A stretch of 64,000 nt of DNA from an uncultured Desulfocurvus sp. (lineage in GTDB: Bacteria > Desulfobacterota > Desulfovibrionia > Desulfovibrionales > Desulfovibrionaceae): assembly GCA_964502805.1 (NCBI GenBank), contig CAZCYB010000006.1, positions 19,734-83,733 on the forward strand, read 5' to 3'. The notes under the pieces were generated by a model. That model made no database searches, was not told the DNA's origin, and saw nothing but the letters and a program-made list of their open reading frames with translations. The translations under genes were made by a program, and so were the position numbers. Shown here piece by piece: positions 11,912-23,900 of this stretch. The first letter of the stretch is position 1, and each line of letters begins with the position of its first letter.

Positions 11912-13800
11912 TGCGGCGCTCCGGGTTCCTGCACGGGATCGGGGAACTGGGGCTCCACCGGCTCCACGACGTAGCGCGGGCCGGAATCCGCCGCGGCGGT
12001 GTCCTTGGGCGGCAGCTCGCGCTTGCCCAGGAACAGGGCGTCGAGCATGGCCTTCATGGTGGGGCCCGCGCCGGAGGCGCCGTGCAGGCCGTGCTCCACC
12101 ATCACCGCGATGACGAAGCGCCGGCCGTCCTTCTCGCCGAAGCCGGCCATCCAGGCGTGGTCGCGGTACTTGTAGGGCACGTTGTCGCCCATGCGCTTGA
12201 GCTCGTCGGTGAGGCGCACCACCTGGGCGGTGCCGGTCTTGGCGCCCACCACAACCCCGGGGGTGAGCGCCCGGCGGCAGGTGCCGCTGGGCTCCTCCAC
12301 CGTGGCCACCATGGCCTTCTTGACCATGGCGGCGTGCTCCGGGGAGAGGGGCAGTGTGGCCTGGACCTCTGCCTGGGCCCCGCGCATGAGCTGGGGCCGA
12401 AGCACCTTGCCGCCGTTGATGAGCGCGCTGATGAACCGGGCCACCTGCAGCGGCGAGACCACTGTGTAGCCCTGGCCGATGGACATGTTCAGGTCCTCGC
12501 CCTTGGTCCAACGCACGCCGAAGCGCTTTTCCTTCCATTCCTTGCTGGCGATGAGCCCGCCCTTCTCGTGGGGCAGGTTGATGCCCGTGGGCGAGCCGAA
12601 GCCCCCGGCCTTGGCGAAGGCGCTCATGCGGTCCACGCCGAGCTTCATGCCCATCTTGTAGAAGTAGGAGTCGCAGGACTCCACCAGGGCGCGCTGGAAA
12701 TTCACCGTGCCGTGGCCGCCGCGCTTCCAGCAGCGGAACACGTGGCTGCCCAGGGCCACCTCGCCGGTGCAGTGCACGGTCTCCTTGGGGTCCACGCCGG
12801 CCTCCAGCGCCGCGGAGGCGATGGCCAGCTTGAACACCGAGCCGGGCGGATACACGCTTTGGGTGGCGCGGTTCTGCAGGGGATGCATGGGGTTGTCGCG
12901 CAGCTCCGCCCACTGGGCGCTGGAGAGGCCCGCGGTGAAGGCGTTGGAATCGTAGCTGGGCTCGCTCACCAGGGCGTGAATCTCGCCGGTGTCCGGGTCC
13001 ATGACCACCACGGCCCCGGCCTTGCCCTCGAGCATCCTGTGGCCAAGCTGCTGCAGGCCCAGGTCGATGGACAGGAAGAGCTCCTCCCCGGCCTTGGGCT
13101 CGGCCATGAGCTGCTCGGAGAGCTTGCGGCCGGTGACGTCCACCTCGATGAGCCGCTTGCCCTTGGCCCCGCGCAGGCGCTCGTCCAGGCGGTTCTCCAG
13201 GCCCTGCTTGCCCACGAAGTCGCCCAGGGAGAGGCTGGGGTCGGCCTGCATCTCGGCCTCGTTGGCCTCGGCCACGTAGCCCAGCACGTGCGAAAGCAGC
13301 TGGCCGTAGTTGTACTTGCGCCGGGTGCGCGAGAGGATCTCCAGCCCGGGCCAGCGCACGGCCGCGCCCTCCACCTTGGCGATGGTCTCGAACGTCATGT
13401 CCGGCACCAGCACCAGCGGCTCGAAGGGCTTCACCTTGGGCTTGCCGCGAGCGTAGATGTCCTTCAGGCGCTCCTGGGGGATGCCCGTGAGCTCGCCCAC
13501 CTTGGCCAGGGTCTCGGGAATGTCCTCGGCGTCCTCGCGGATGAGCCCCAGGGCGAAGGCGGGCTCGTTGACGGCCAGGAGCTCGCCGTTTCTGTCGCGC
13601 AGGAACCCGCGCGGGGCGAAGAGGTACTCCGTGCGCAGCTGGTTGTTGCGGCTCTTTTCGGTGAACACCGGGCCCAGGTGGATCTGCAGGTACCACAGGC
13701 GCAGGAAGAACAGGCAGAACAGCCCCAGCACCAGGCACTGGAGCAGGCCCACGCCAAGGCGCGGGGCTTCCTGTCCGTATGGGCTAGGGGCGCTCTTCAT
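11908..13800 (-). CDS. mrdA: Penicillin-binding protein 2 (elongasome transpeptidase)
   Basis: 630 aa with an N-terminal TM segment, SxxK (GSVFK), SCDSYF and KTGTAQ motifs. Confidence 0.95.
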   Translation of the reverse strand: MKSAPSPYGQEAPRLGVGLLQCLVLGLFCLFFLRLWYLQIHLGPVFTEKSRNNQLRTEYLFAPRGFLRDRNGELLAVNEPAFALGLIREDAEDIPETLAKVGELTGIPQERLKDIYARGKPKVKPFEPLVLVPDMTFETIAKVEGAAVRWPGLEILSRTRRKYNYGQLLSHVLGYVAEANEAEMQADPSLSLGDFVGKQGLENRLDERLRGAKGKRLIEVDVTGRKLSEQLMAEPKAGEELFLSIDLGLQQLGHRMLEGKAGAVVVMDPDTGEIHALVSEPSYDSNAFTAGLSSAQWAELRDNPMHPLQNRATQSVYPPGSVFKLAIASAALEAGVDPKETVHCTGEVALGSHVFRCWKRGGHGTVNFQRALVESCDSYFYKMGMKLGVDRMSAFAKAGGFGSPTGINLPHEKGGLIASKEWKEKRFGVRWTKGEDLNMSIGQGYTVVSPLQVARFISALINGGKVLRPQLMRGAQAEVQATLPLSPEHAAMVKKAMVATVEEPSGTCRRALTPGVVVGAKTGTAQVVRLTDELKRMGDNVPYKYRDHAWMAGFGEKDGRRFVIAVMVEHGLHGASGAGPTMKAMLDALFLGKRELPPKDTAAADSGPRYVVEPVEPQFPDPVQEPGAPQ

Positions 13801-14251
13801 CGCACTTCAACCGCTCGGGAAAAAGGTTCGCCGCCAAGTACCACACCAGGGGGTAGGAGAGGGTCTGCAGCAGGCCCTCCAGGGCCACGCGCCCCACGGG
13901 AAAGGCGCGCATCTCCAGCACGGCCATGAGGTAGAGCAGCAGGAAGTGGGCCAGGCCCAGGGCCAGGCCCAGGATGGCCTGGAACTGGAAGCTCGCCGGG
14001 TCCAAAAACCAGCGCCCGGTGTTCAGCAGGGCGAAGAGCACTGCGTACCAGAGCACCCCGTAGCCGAAGGCCAGGCCGCCCGCGCCCTCCTGCACGGCCA
14101 CCCATATGACGGCCAGCAGGAGCGTGACCCAGGGCTTTTGCCAGCGCAGGGAGAGCGCCAGCCCCGGCGCGAAGAAGTCCACCCCCGGCACCAGGGCCTG
14201 GCCCCAGATGCCGCAGATCGTGAACAGGCTCCACCACAGCGCCGCCAGCAT
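13784..14251 (-). CDS. mreD: Rod shape-determining protein MreD
   Basis: 155-aa polytopic ORF between mreC and mrdA. Confidence 0.8.
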   Translation of the reverse strand: MLAALWWSLFTICGIWGQALVPGVDFFAPGLALSLRWQKPWVTLLLAVIWVAVQEGAGGLAFGYGVLWYAVLFALLNTGRWFLDPASFQFQAILGLALGLAHFLLLYLMAVLEMRAFPVGRVALEGLLQTLSYPLVWYLAANLFPERLKCDEERP

Positions 14252-14254
14252 GGC

Positions 14255-15100
14255 CTAGTCCCAGAGTTCCTCGGTGGATTCCGGGGCGCTGGCGCGCTTG
14301 AGCAGCAGCACCTCCTCCAGCCGGGCGAAGTCCACCAGGGGCTCGGCGCGCACCACCATGAACAGCGTGCCCTCCTCGCGCTTGACGCTGGAGACCTTGG
14401 CCACGGGCAGGCCCTTGGGGTACACCCCGTCCATGCCCGAGGTCACCAGGACCTCTCCGGGTTCCATGTGCGAGTTCACGCCCACGTACTTCACGGCCAG
14501 GGGCTCGTCGGCCCCGTTGCCGTAGACCACGCCGGAGGCCCTGTTGTCGCGCCCCACCACGGCCACGCGGCTGGACGGGTCCACCAGCAGCAGCACGGTG
14601 GCCACGCCCCGGCCCGCGCGGTAGATGCGGCCCACCACGCCCTCGGGGCAGAGCACCGGGGTGTCCTCCGCGGCGCCGCTTATCTTGCCCCGGTCCACCA
14701 GGATGGTCTCCAGGATGGCCGTGGGGCCGATGCGGTGGGCGATGACCCGGGCCCCCTCGCGCCGCCAGTCCGGCGGCTCGGGAAAGCCCAGCAGGCGCTC
14801 CACCCGGGCGGTGGCCTCGGCCCGCTCGCGCAGGGTCATGTTCTCCAGGCGCAGGGCCTTGTTCTCCTCGGAGAGGGCCTCGTTCTGCTGCTTCAGGCCC
14901 ACCAGGTCAACGTAACGTTCCACGAAGTTGCCGGTGAATGTGCCCACCCATTTGCCCGGGCGCAACACCAGACCCACGCTGTCGAGCCCGGTGTACGTGC
15001 TCAGCCGGGTCAGGTGGCCCGTGCGCAGGTTCCAGGTGTAGAGGCTCAGGTAGAGAAAGAGCCCGACGACGAGGAGAATGACGATCCGTTTGGGGTTCAC
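14255..15100 (-). CDS. mreC: Rod shape-determining protein MreC
   Basis: 281 aa with an N-terminal TM segment, a coiled coil (NEALSEENKALRLENMTLRERAE) and a beta-rich C-terminus. Confidence 0.9.
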   Translation of the reverse strand: MNPKRIVILLVVGLFLYLSLYTWNLRTGHLTRLSTYTGLDSVGLVLRPGKWVGTFTGNFVERYVDLVGLKQQNEALSEENKALRLENMTLRERAEATARVERLLGFPEPPDWRREGARVIAHRIGPTAILETILVDRGKISGAAEDTPVLCPEGVVGRIYRAGRGVATVLLLVDPSSRVAVVGRDNRASGVVYGNGADEPLAVKYVGVNSHMEPGEVLVTSGMDGVYPKGLPVAKVSSVKREEGTLFMVVRAEPLVDFARLEEVLLLKRASAPESTEELWD

Positions 15101-15101
15101 G

Positions 15102-16178
<1,077 letters not shown>

Positions 16179-16260
16179 CTAGTCTGGGATTTTGCGGCGG
16201 TCGATTGTGGACGTTACCAAAACGTCATCTCGTACCAAAAGAACATCCGGCAGGCAATAC

Positions 16261-17247
16261 ATGAGCACATGCCCCGCCCCCACGGGCCGCGAGAATCCGC
16301 CCTGGCTGGCCCAGGGGGCCTGGTTCCGGGGGATTTTCGGCGCGCCCGCGCGCAAGGTGCCCCTGGACGCCGGGTTCTCCTGCCCCAACCGCGACGGCAC
16401 GCTTTCGCGCTCCGGCTGCCTGTTCTGCAACGCGGTGGGCTCCGGCACCGGGCTGGCGGCCCAGGGCCTGACTCTGGCCGAACAGTGGGAGCGGCTGGCC
16501 CCCCGCGTGCTGGCCAGGCACCCCGGCGCGCGCCTGCTGGCCTACCTGCAGGCATACTCTAACACACATGCGAGCCCCGAGCGCCTGCGCGCGCTGCTGG
16601 AGGAGGTGGCCGCGCTGCCCGAGGTCTCCGGGTTGTGCCTGGGCACAAGGCCGGACTGCCTGGATGCGGACACCACGCGGGAGCGGCTGGACATCCTGGG
16701 CGAGTTCGCGCCCCGGTTCGGCTTCCTCCAGCTCGACCTGGGCCTGCAGAGCGCGGACCCGGAGGTGCTCTTGCGCATCGGGCGCGGCCACGGGCCGGAG
16801 GTCTTCGCCCAGGCGGTGCGCCAGGCCGCCGCGCGGGGCATGCGCGTGTGCGCACACCTCATGCACGGCCTGCCCGGGGCCGGATTCATCGCCGGGGCGG
16901 AAGACCTGTTGCGTTCCGTGGAGTTCGTGAACGCCCTGCCCGTGGCCTCGGTGAAGTTCCACAACACCCTGGTGTGCCGGGGCACGGGCCTGGCGGCCCT
17001 GTGGCGCGCCGGGGGCTACGCCCCGCCCGGCCGCGATGAGTACGTGGCGGCCCTGGTCCGGGCCCTGGCGGCGCTCAGGCCGGACATCTGCGTGCAGCGC
17101 CTGGCCGCGGACCCCGCCGGGGACGAGCTTCTGGCCCCGGACTGGGGCGCGGACAAGGCCGGGACCCTGGCCCTGTTGCGCAGGCGCATGGAAGAGGGTA
17201 GTCTCTGGCAGGGAAAACACCTTCCGCATAGTCCTGATCAGCCCTGA
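16261..17247 (+). CDS. TIGR01212 (YhcC)-family radical SAM protein
   Basis: Contains LDAGFSCPNRDGTLSRSGCLFCN. The ATG at 16261 is preferred over the longer track start at 16192. Confidence 0.85.
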   Translation: MSTCPAPTGRENPPWLAQGAWFRGIFGAPARKVPLDAGFSCPNRDGTLSRSGCLFCNAVGSGTGLAAQGLTLAEQWERLAPRVLARHPGARLLAYLQAYSNTHASPERLRALLEEVAALPEVSGLCLGTRPDCLDADTTRERLDILGEFAPRFGFLQLDLGLQSADPEVLLRIGRGHGPEVFAQAVRQAAARGMRVCAHLMHGLPGAGFIAGAEDLLRSVEFVNALPVASVKFHNTLVCRGTGLAALWRAGGYAPPGRDEYVAALVRALAALRPDICVQRLAADPAGDELLAPDWGADKAGTLALLRRRMEEGSLWQGKHLPHSPDQP

Positions 17248-17265
17248 CCAGGAGGAGGAACGCTC

Positions 17266-17826
17266 ATGAAACGCGCCCCCCAGGCCAAGAAGCCCCGGCC
17301 CGCAAAGCGCCCCGCGCCCCAGGAGACCGTGGAGCTTGTCGCCGCGCCCCTGCCCGATGGCCGCGCCCTGACCCTGGACTTGCACTGGAAGGACGGGCGC
17401 ATCGCCGGGGCGCGCCTGGGGCTTGCGGCCAAGGCCCGCCCGTCGGCCAGCCCTTCCCCCGAGGCCGAGGCGGTGGCTGCGGGCATGGCCCGGATCATCG
17501 CCGGAAAGGATGCCGACTTCTCCGACCTGCCCCTGGACTGGGAGGGGCTGACCCCCTTCACCCGGGCCGTGCTGGAGGCGCTCTTCCGTCGTGTGCCCTG
17601 CGGGGCCACTGTGACCTACGGCCAACTGGCCGACATGGCCGGGCACCCCGGCAAGGCCCGCGCCGTGGGCGGGGCCATGGCCCGCAATCCCTGGCCGCTC
17701 CTCGTGCCCTGCCACCGTGTCCTGGGCGCGGACGGCTCCCTCACCGGCTACACCAACCCCCACGGCCTGGACCTGAAGGCCCTGCTGCTGGGCCTGGAGT
17801 GCCAGGGCGGGGGCGGCGAGGGATAG
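17266..17826 (+). CDS. ogt: Methylated-DNA--protein-cysteine methyltransferase
   Basis: Active-site motif VPCHRV preceded by TYGQLADMAGHPGKARAVGGAMARNP. Confidence 0.9.
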   Translation: MKRAPQAKKPRPAKRPAPQETVELVAAPLPDGRALTLDLHWKDGRIAGARLGLAAKARPSASPSPEAEAVAAGMARIIAGKDADFSDLPLDWEGLTPFTRAVLEALFRRVPCGATVTYGQLADMAGHPGKARAVGGAMARNPWPLLVPCHRVLGADGSLTGYTNPHGLDLKALLLGLECQGGGGEG

Positions 17827-17865
17827 GGCCGGAAAGACGGCGGGGCGCTCTGGCTCCGAAAAATG

Positions 17866-17897
17866 AGGCGGCCGCCCGGGGTTCCGGGCGGCCGCCT
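17866..17897. terminator. Bidirectional terminator hairpin between ogt and the RTX gene
   Basis: AGGCGGCCGCCCGG-GGTT-CCGGGCGGCCGCCT. It is followed by TGTTTG on the plus strand and by CATTTTTCGG on the minus strand. Confidence 0.7.
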
Positions 17898-17926
17898 TGT
17901 TTGCGCTGGAGCCTGTTCCGTGGCGG

Positions 17927-20900
17927 CTAGGCCACGGTGTTGTGGTTGGCGTCCACCATGATGATGTCCGTGGCGGCCATGGTGCCGCCCACGCCGCCCG
18001 CCACCATGACGGCCGCGCCGCCGCCCATGTCGCCGTCGGCGTCGAACATGAGCTTGTTGTTGATGCTGTCGTGGTAGAAGCAGGCCGTGCTGATGTCCGC
18101 GGCGTTGTATGCGGCCTCGCTGGTGTAGAAGTAGCTCTGGACCATGGAGGTGTTGTTGAAGCCGAAGTTGCCGCCGTCGGTGGTGCAGTAGAAGGCGAAC
18201 TTGTCCGTTCCGGTGGTGAAGTCGGTGACGGTGTCGCCGAACTCGCTCTGGGTCTTGTAGATGAACAGGTCGTTGCCCGCGCCGCCGGTGAGCGAGTCTG
18301 CCCCGGCCCGGCCGAAGAGCTTGTCCGCGCCGCCCAGGCCCGTGATCTGGTTGTTCTCGGCGTTGCCGAAGAGGTCGTCGGAATAGGCGCTGCCGGTGAG
18401 GTGCTCGAAGCCGTCGATGGTGATGGTGCGGCCGCCCTCGTCGATGCCCACCTGCGGCGCTGTGATGGCCAGGTCCACGTTCACGTCCAGGTCGGAGAAC
18501 TCGAAGCTCAGGGTGTCGGTGCCGTCGCCGCCGAACATGGTGTCGTTGCCCATGCCGCAGTGGACAGTGTCGTTGCCCGCGTCGCCGTAGACGGTGTCGT
18601 TGCCGTCCCCGGCGTAGATGACGTCGTTGCCGTCGTCGCCGTGAATGGTGTCGTCGCCTCCGAAGCCCTCGATGACGTTGGCCCCGGCGTTGCCGCTGAG
18701 GGTGTCGCCGAAGCCCATGGTGCCCTTGATGTTCTCGATATTCGACAGGGTGTCCGTGCAGCCGTAGCCGTCGCTGGCCGTGCCGGCCAGCAGGTTCACC
18801 GTCACCCCGGCGCTGGCCGGGCCGTAGGTCACGGTGTCCGTGCCCGCGCCGCCGTCCAGCGTGTCGTTGCCGATGCGGCCCATGAGCAGGTCGTTGCCGC
18901 CCCCGCCGTTGATGGTGTCGTTGCCGCTGCCGCCGTGGATGATGTCGTCCTGGTCCGAGCCGGTAATGTTGAGTGTGCCCGTGACGTCGGCCCCGTTGAA
19001 GCTGAAGGTGCCGCTCATGGCGCTGGCGTTGATGGTCAGGGTCTGGCCCGTGGTGCACAGATCCTCGTCGGCTTCGACGTCCGCCGCGCCGCTGCCCTTG
19101 ACCAGGATGGTCTCCACGTTGACCACCCCGCTCCAGTCCGTGGTGGCCAGCACGCTGCCGCCGTTGGTCCAGTATTCCAGGGTGTCGCTGCCCGCGCCGC
19201 CGTCCACGGTGTCGGCGGAGGTGAGGCGGTTCGCGCCGTCGTTGGCCACATGGAAGGTGTCGTCGCCGTCCCCGCCGTAGAGGGCCTTGGTGCCGTCGTC
19301 GTCGGTGATGGTGTCGTTGCCCGCGCCGCCGTAGATGGTGTCGTTGCCCGCGCCGCCTTCGATGCCGTCGTCTCCGTCGTCGCCGTAGATGGTGTCGTTG
19401 CCCATCTGGCCATTGAGCCAGTCGTTGCCTGCGCCGCCGTAGATGGTGTCGTTGTCCTCGCCGCCGAAGATGTCGTCGACACCGTCCTCGCCCTTGAGCA
19501 GGTCCGCGCCGTTGTAGCCGTAGATGGTGTCGTCGCCCGCGCCGGCGAACACGGTGTCGCCGCTGCTGGTGCCCAGGCCCGCGTTGCCCGCCATGATCTG
19601 GTCGTTGCCCGCGCTGCCGGTGATGTACAGGTAGCCGTCGCCCAGGCCGCTGGCGTCCAGGCTCAGGTTCTGCCCGGCCTGCAGGCTCGGGGCGCTGACG
19701 GTGATGGTGGTGCCGGCCTGACCGTTGAAAATGGTGTTGTTGTTGAAGACGGCGTCCACGCTGGTGGTGGCGTTGTCGAACTGGATGTACTTGAAGCTGC
19801 GGACGCCGTCGTAGTTCTCGCTTCCGTTGCTGATGACGTGCAGGGTGTCGTCGCCCGCGCCGCCGTCGATGACGTCGGTGGAGTTCAGGTTCACGTCCAT
19901 GTAGATCTGGTCGTCGCCCTGGGTGCCGGTGATCTGCTCCGCGCCCTGGTCGCCGCCGCCGTGCACTGTCACGCCCGTGGTCCAATTCGACAGGTTTATG
20001 ATGTCCGAGTCCTGGCCGCCGTTGATGACTTCCATGCCGGAGAAGGTGCTGTTGATGTTCGTGCCGGTGACGGAGCCCGCGCCCTGGGCCATGCCGCCGG
20101 TGATGGTCAGGGCGGTGCCGACGCCGATGGCCGAGTAGTCCAGGGTGTCCGTGCCCGCGCCGCCGTCGGCGATGTCGTCGCCGGTGCCCGGGGCCAGCTT
20201 GTCGTTGCCCAGGCCGCCGTCGAGCACGTCGTTGCCCGTGCCGCCGGTGATGGTGTTGGCGCCGGAATCACCGGTGAGGGTGTCGTTGTAGTTCGAGCCC
20301 AGGATGTTCTCGAACCCGTCGTGCGCGGCGATGACGATGCCCTCGCCCGTGCCCCCGCCCACGGAGACGTTCTGCGAGGTGCTGGTGGCAAGGCTGAAGA
20401 CCGCGGCGCTGGTGGCGCTGGCGAAGGAGATGGTGTCCGTGCCCGCGTCGCCGTGCAGGGTGTCCGTGCCCCACTTGCCGTCGATGCTGTCGTTGCCCGC
20501 CCCGCCCCAGATCTCGTTGTTGCCCTGGTCGCCCTTGAGGGTGTCGTTGTAGGCGGAGCCGATGAGCTTCTCGAAGCCGTCCAGGGTGTCCAGGCCGCCG
20601 CCGCCGGTGTTCTGCTGCGACTTCTGCGTCAGGTCCACGGTGACGGCGCTGCTGGCCTGGGCGTAGGTGATGGTGTCGTCCGTGCCCGCGCCGCCGATGA
20701 GCACGTCCGTGCCGGTGACGGTGCCGTGCACCGTGAGCGTGCCTGCGGCGGCGCTGCCGTCGAAGTTGAAGTTGCCGGTGAGCGTGTGGGCGTCGATCTC
20801 CAGGCTGTTGCCGGAGGTGACCAAGCTGGCGGCGGCGTTGACGCTGACCTCGGAGCTGCCGAGCACGTTGATCTTCTCCACGTTCACCACGCCGTGCCAG

Positions 20901-23900
20901 TCGTCCAGGTCGTTGGAACTGGTCGCCACGTTCAGGGTGTCGTACCCGCCGCCGCCGTTGATGGTGTCCGTGGAGTAGAGGTACCCGGTGCCGCCGTCGT
21001 TGGTGGTGATGGTGTCGTTGCCATCCCCGGCGTTCACCGTGTCGTCGCCGTTGCCTATGATGATGGTGTCGGCCTTGCTCGTGCCCACGATGGCGTTGTT
21101 GGCCGCTGTGCCCGTGATCTGCACGGTGTCCGCGCCCTGGTCCGCGTTCCAGCCGCTGCCGAAGGTCAGGCCGCTCAGGTCGAGGTTGGCGGAGTCCATG
21201 ATAACGCTCAGGGTGGTGTCGCCCGCGCCGGTGGAGTCCACCTGCAGGCCCGTGAGCGCCAGGATCTGGGAGGCGTTGAAGGCCGCGGAGACGCTGTTGC
21301 TCGTGGCGTCGAGCTTCACCTTCTCGATGTTAGTGAAGGTGATGGCCTGGGACAGGTCGTTGGTGCGCAGGTCGGCGTTGACGTAGGTGACCTTGATGGT
21401 GTCCGTGCCGTCTCCGCCGTCGATGCTGGTGACAGTCTCCAGCTTGTTCTGGTTCAGCCACAGGGTGTCGTTGTACTGCGAGCCCTGGGAGGTCTCGAAG
21501 CCGTCCACCGTGTCCGTGTTGCCGTAGGTGTCGGTGATGGTGCCCGCGCTGACGTTGATGGTGATGCCGCAGCCACCGGTTTCGCCCGCGTAGGTAAGGG
21601 CGTCGGTGCCGAGCCCGCCGTTCAGCGTGTCGTTCCCGGCCCCGCCGGTGATGGTGTCGTTGCCGTTGCCGCCGGAGATGGTGTCGTTGCCGTCGCCGCC
21701 GCTAAGGGTGTCGTTGTCGTCGCCGCCGTCGAGGATGTCCGCCCCGGCGCCGCCGGTGAGGATGTCGTTGCCGGTGCCGCCGTCCATGCTGTCGTCCCCC
21801 GCCTCGCCGGAGAGGGTGTCGGCGTTGGCGCCGCCCAGGATGGTGTCGTTGCCCGTTCCGCCGGTGATCTGGTCCGCGCCAGCGCCGCCCTTGAGGGTGT
21901 CGGCCCCGGCGCCGCCGGTGATGTACAGGGCGTAGTTGCCCACGCCGGAGGCGTCGAAGGTGAGGCTGTGCCCGGCGGTGAGGGCCGAGCCCACGATATC
22001 CACGTGGCCGTTGTAGTCCGCGCCCTGGGCCACCATCAGGCTGGTGGGGATGAGGTTGGTGGTGGCGTCGCCCAGCACCACGCGCTCCACGTAGCTCACG
22101 TTGTCCAGGTCGTGGGTCTGCCAGTTGCGGTTGGCCTCCACCACGGTGCCGTTGTCCAGCCGGGCGTAGTCCTCCACCTGGGCCACCTGGGTGAAGTTCA
22201 GGGTGTCGAACCCGTCGCCGCCCGCGATGGTGTCGCCCTGGGCCTTGAGGGGCCCGTCGGCGTAGTAGGTGGTGCTGCGCAGGCCCTGGCCCATGAAGAT
22301 GCTGTCGTCGCCCGCCCCGGCGTTGATGGTGTCCGTGCCGAGCTCGGCGTTGATGATGTCGGCCCCGTCGCCGCCGTTCACGGTGTCGTTGCCGTCGCCG
22401 CCGTCGAGGACGTCGTTGCCCTTGCCGCCGTGCAGGGTGTCGTCGCCCGCGCCGCCGTTCAAGGCGTCGTTGTCCACCACGGAATCGTCGGCGTCGCTGC
22501 CCCAGAGGACGTCGTTGCCCGCGCCGCCGCTGATGATGTCGTCGCCAGCCTCGCCGAAGATGGTGTCGTTGTCCGCGCCGCCGTCGATGATGTCGTTTCC
22601 TTCGTCGCCCTGGATGCTGTCCTCGCCAGCGCCGCCCTCGATGAGGTCGTTGCCCTCGGCGCCGTAGATGAAGTCGTTGCCGCCGCCGCCGTAGATGGCG
22701 TTGTTCGAGTCGTTGCCGATGATGACGTCGCCGAATTCGGAGCCGGTGACGTTGACCACGGACGAGCTGATGGAGGTCACCTGCTCGTTGTCGTACGCGC
22801 TCTGCTGCTCCCACATGGTGTGGTTGGCCAGGGTCTCGTAGTAGGGGCCGTCATCGCGCGGGCCGGGGTTGGGGAAGGAACTGTCGCCGTCCGGGTTCAG
22901 CGTGACGTACATGCCCTGGCTGGCCGTGAGGAAAGACAGGGAGTTGTCCGTGGTGATGTTGTTGATGGTGTCGGTGATTGTGGTGATGATGTCGTTGGGG
23001 TCGAAGCCGAGGTCACCAGGCTCGTTCAACTGGTCCAGCGCGCCCTGGGACAAGACGACCCCGTAGATTACGACAGAAGAAACCGGACCGGTGATGGGGC
23101 TATTGGGGTTGACCGGGTTGCTCGACATATCACCAATGCGAATAATGTCGCCAATGCCCAGCTTGCTTACATCGGTAAGGAAGGACGGCTGCTGTCCCTG
23201 TGCGGCCTGCTGGGCGGCGAAGTCCGCCGCCGCCTTGGCGGCATCGGCCAGGGCCTGGGCCTGCTGCGCGGCAAAGGCCTCCGTCGCCGCCTTGGCCGCC
23301 GCCTCCGCCGCCAGCTTGGCCGCCGCCTCCAGCTTGGCCGCCGCCGCCGCCGCGGCCTTGGCCGCCGCCTCGGCTGCGGCCTTGGCCGCCGGGTCCGTGG
23401 CCTTGGCCGCCGCCGCAGCAGCAGCTGCTGCCGCCGCCTTGGCCGCCGCCGCCTCGGCCGCCTTGGCCGCCGCCTCGGCCGCCGCCTTGGCCGAGGTGTC
23501 CGCCGCAGCCTGGACCTTGGGGTCCACCCGGCCTGTCTGCTGGCCGGGGGCGGTGGAGATGACGTCCGTAGGCGCGCCCTGGGTCTGGATGTTCGCCGGG
23601 GTGAGCGCCTGGAAATACTTGAATTCCTGGGGGGTCATGATGAGCACGGGGCCCGCGCCGAACTGGTTCACCTCCACCTTGACGCCGGAGGTGGACAGCA
23701 CCTGGAACTGCCCGCCGCCCAGGGGCTGCACGATGACGGGCTTGCCGTCGAAGACCATGATCAGGTGGTTCTCGCTGCCCTGGCCCGGAGGCGGAACGGT
23801 GTGGCCGGTCTCGGTGCCGCGTATGCCGATGGTGGCAAGCGGGCTCTGCATCTTGAAGCTTTCGGGGTTCTGCTTGACGATCTCGCCGGTGACGGTGCGG

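Noticed and set aside
11912-13738. Upstream extension of the rodA frame into a 980-aa ORF (track entry 10796-13738).
   Set aside because: The extension is Arg/Gly/Pro/His-rich nonsense that overlaps mrdA out of frame. RodA begins at MSPIDRR (11911), with an ATGA overlap to the mrdA stop.
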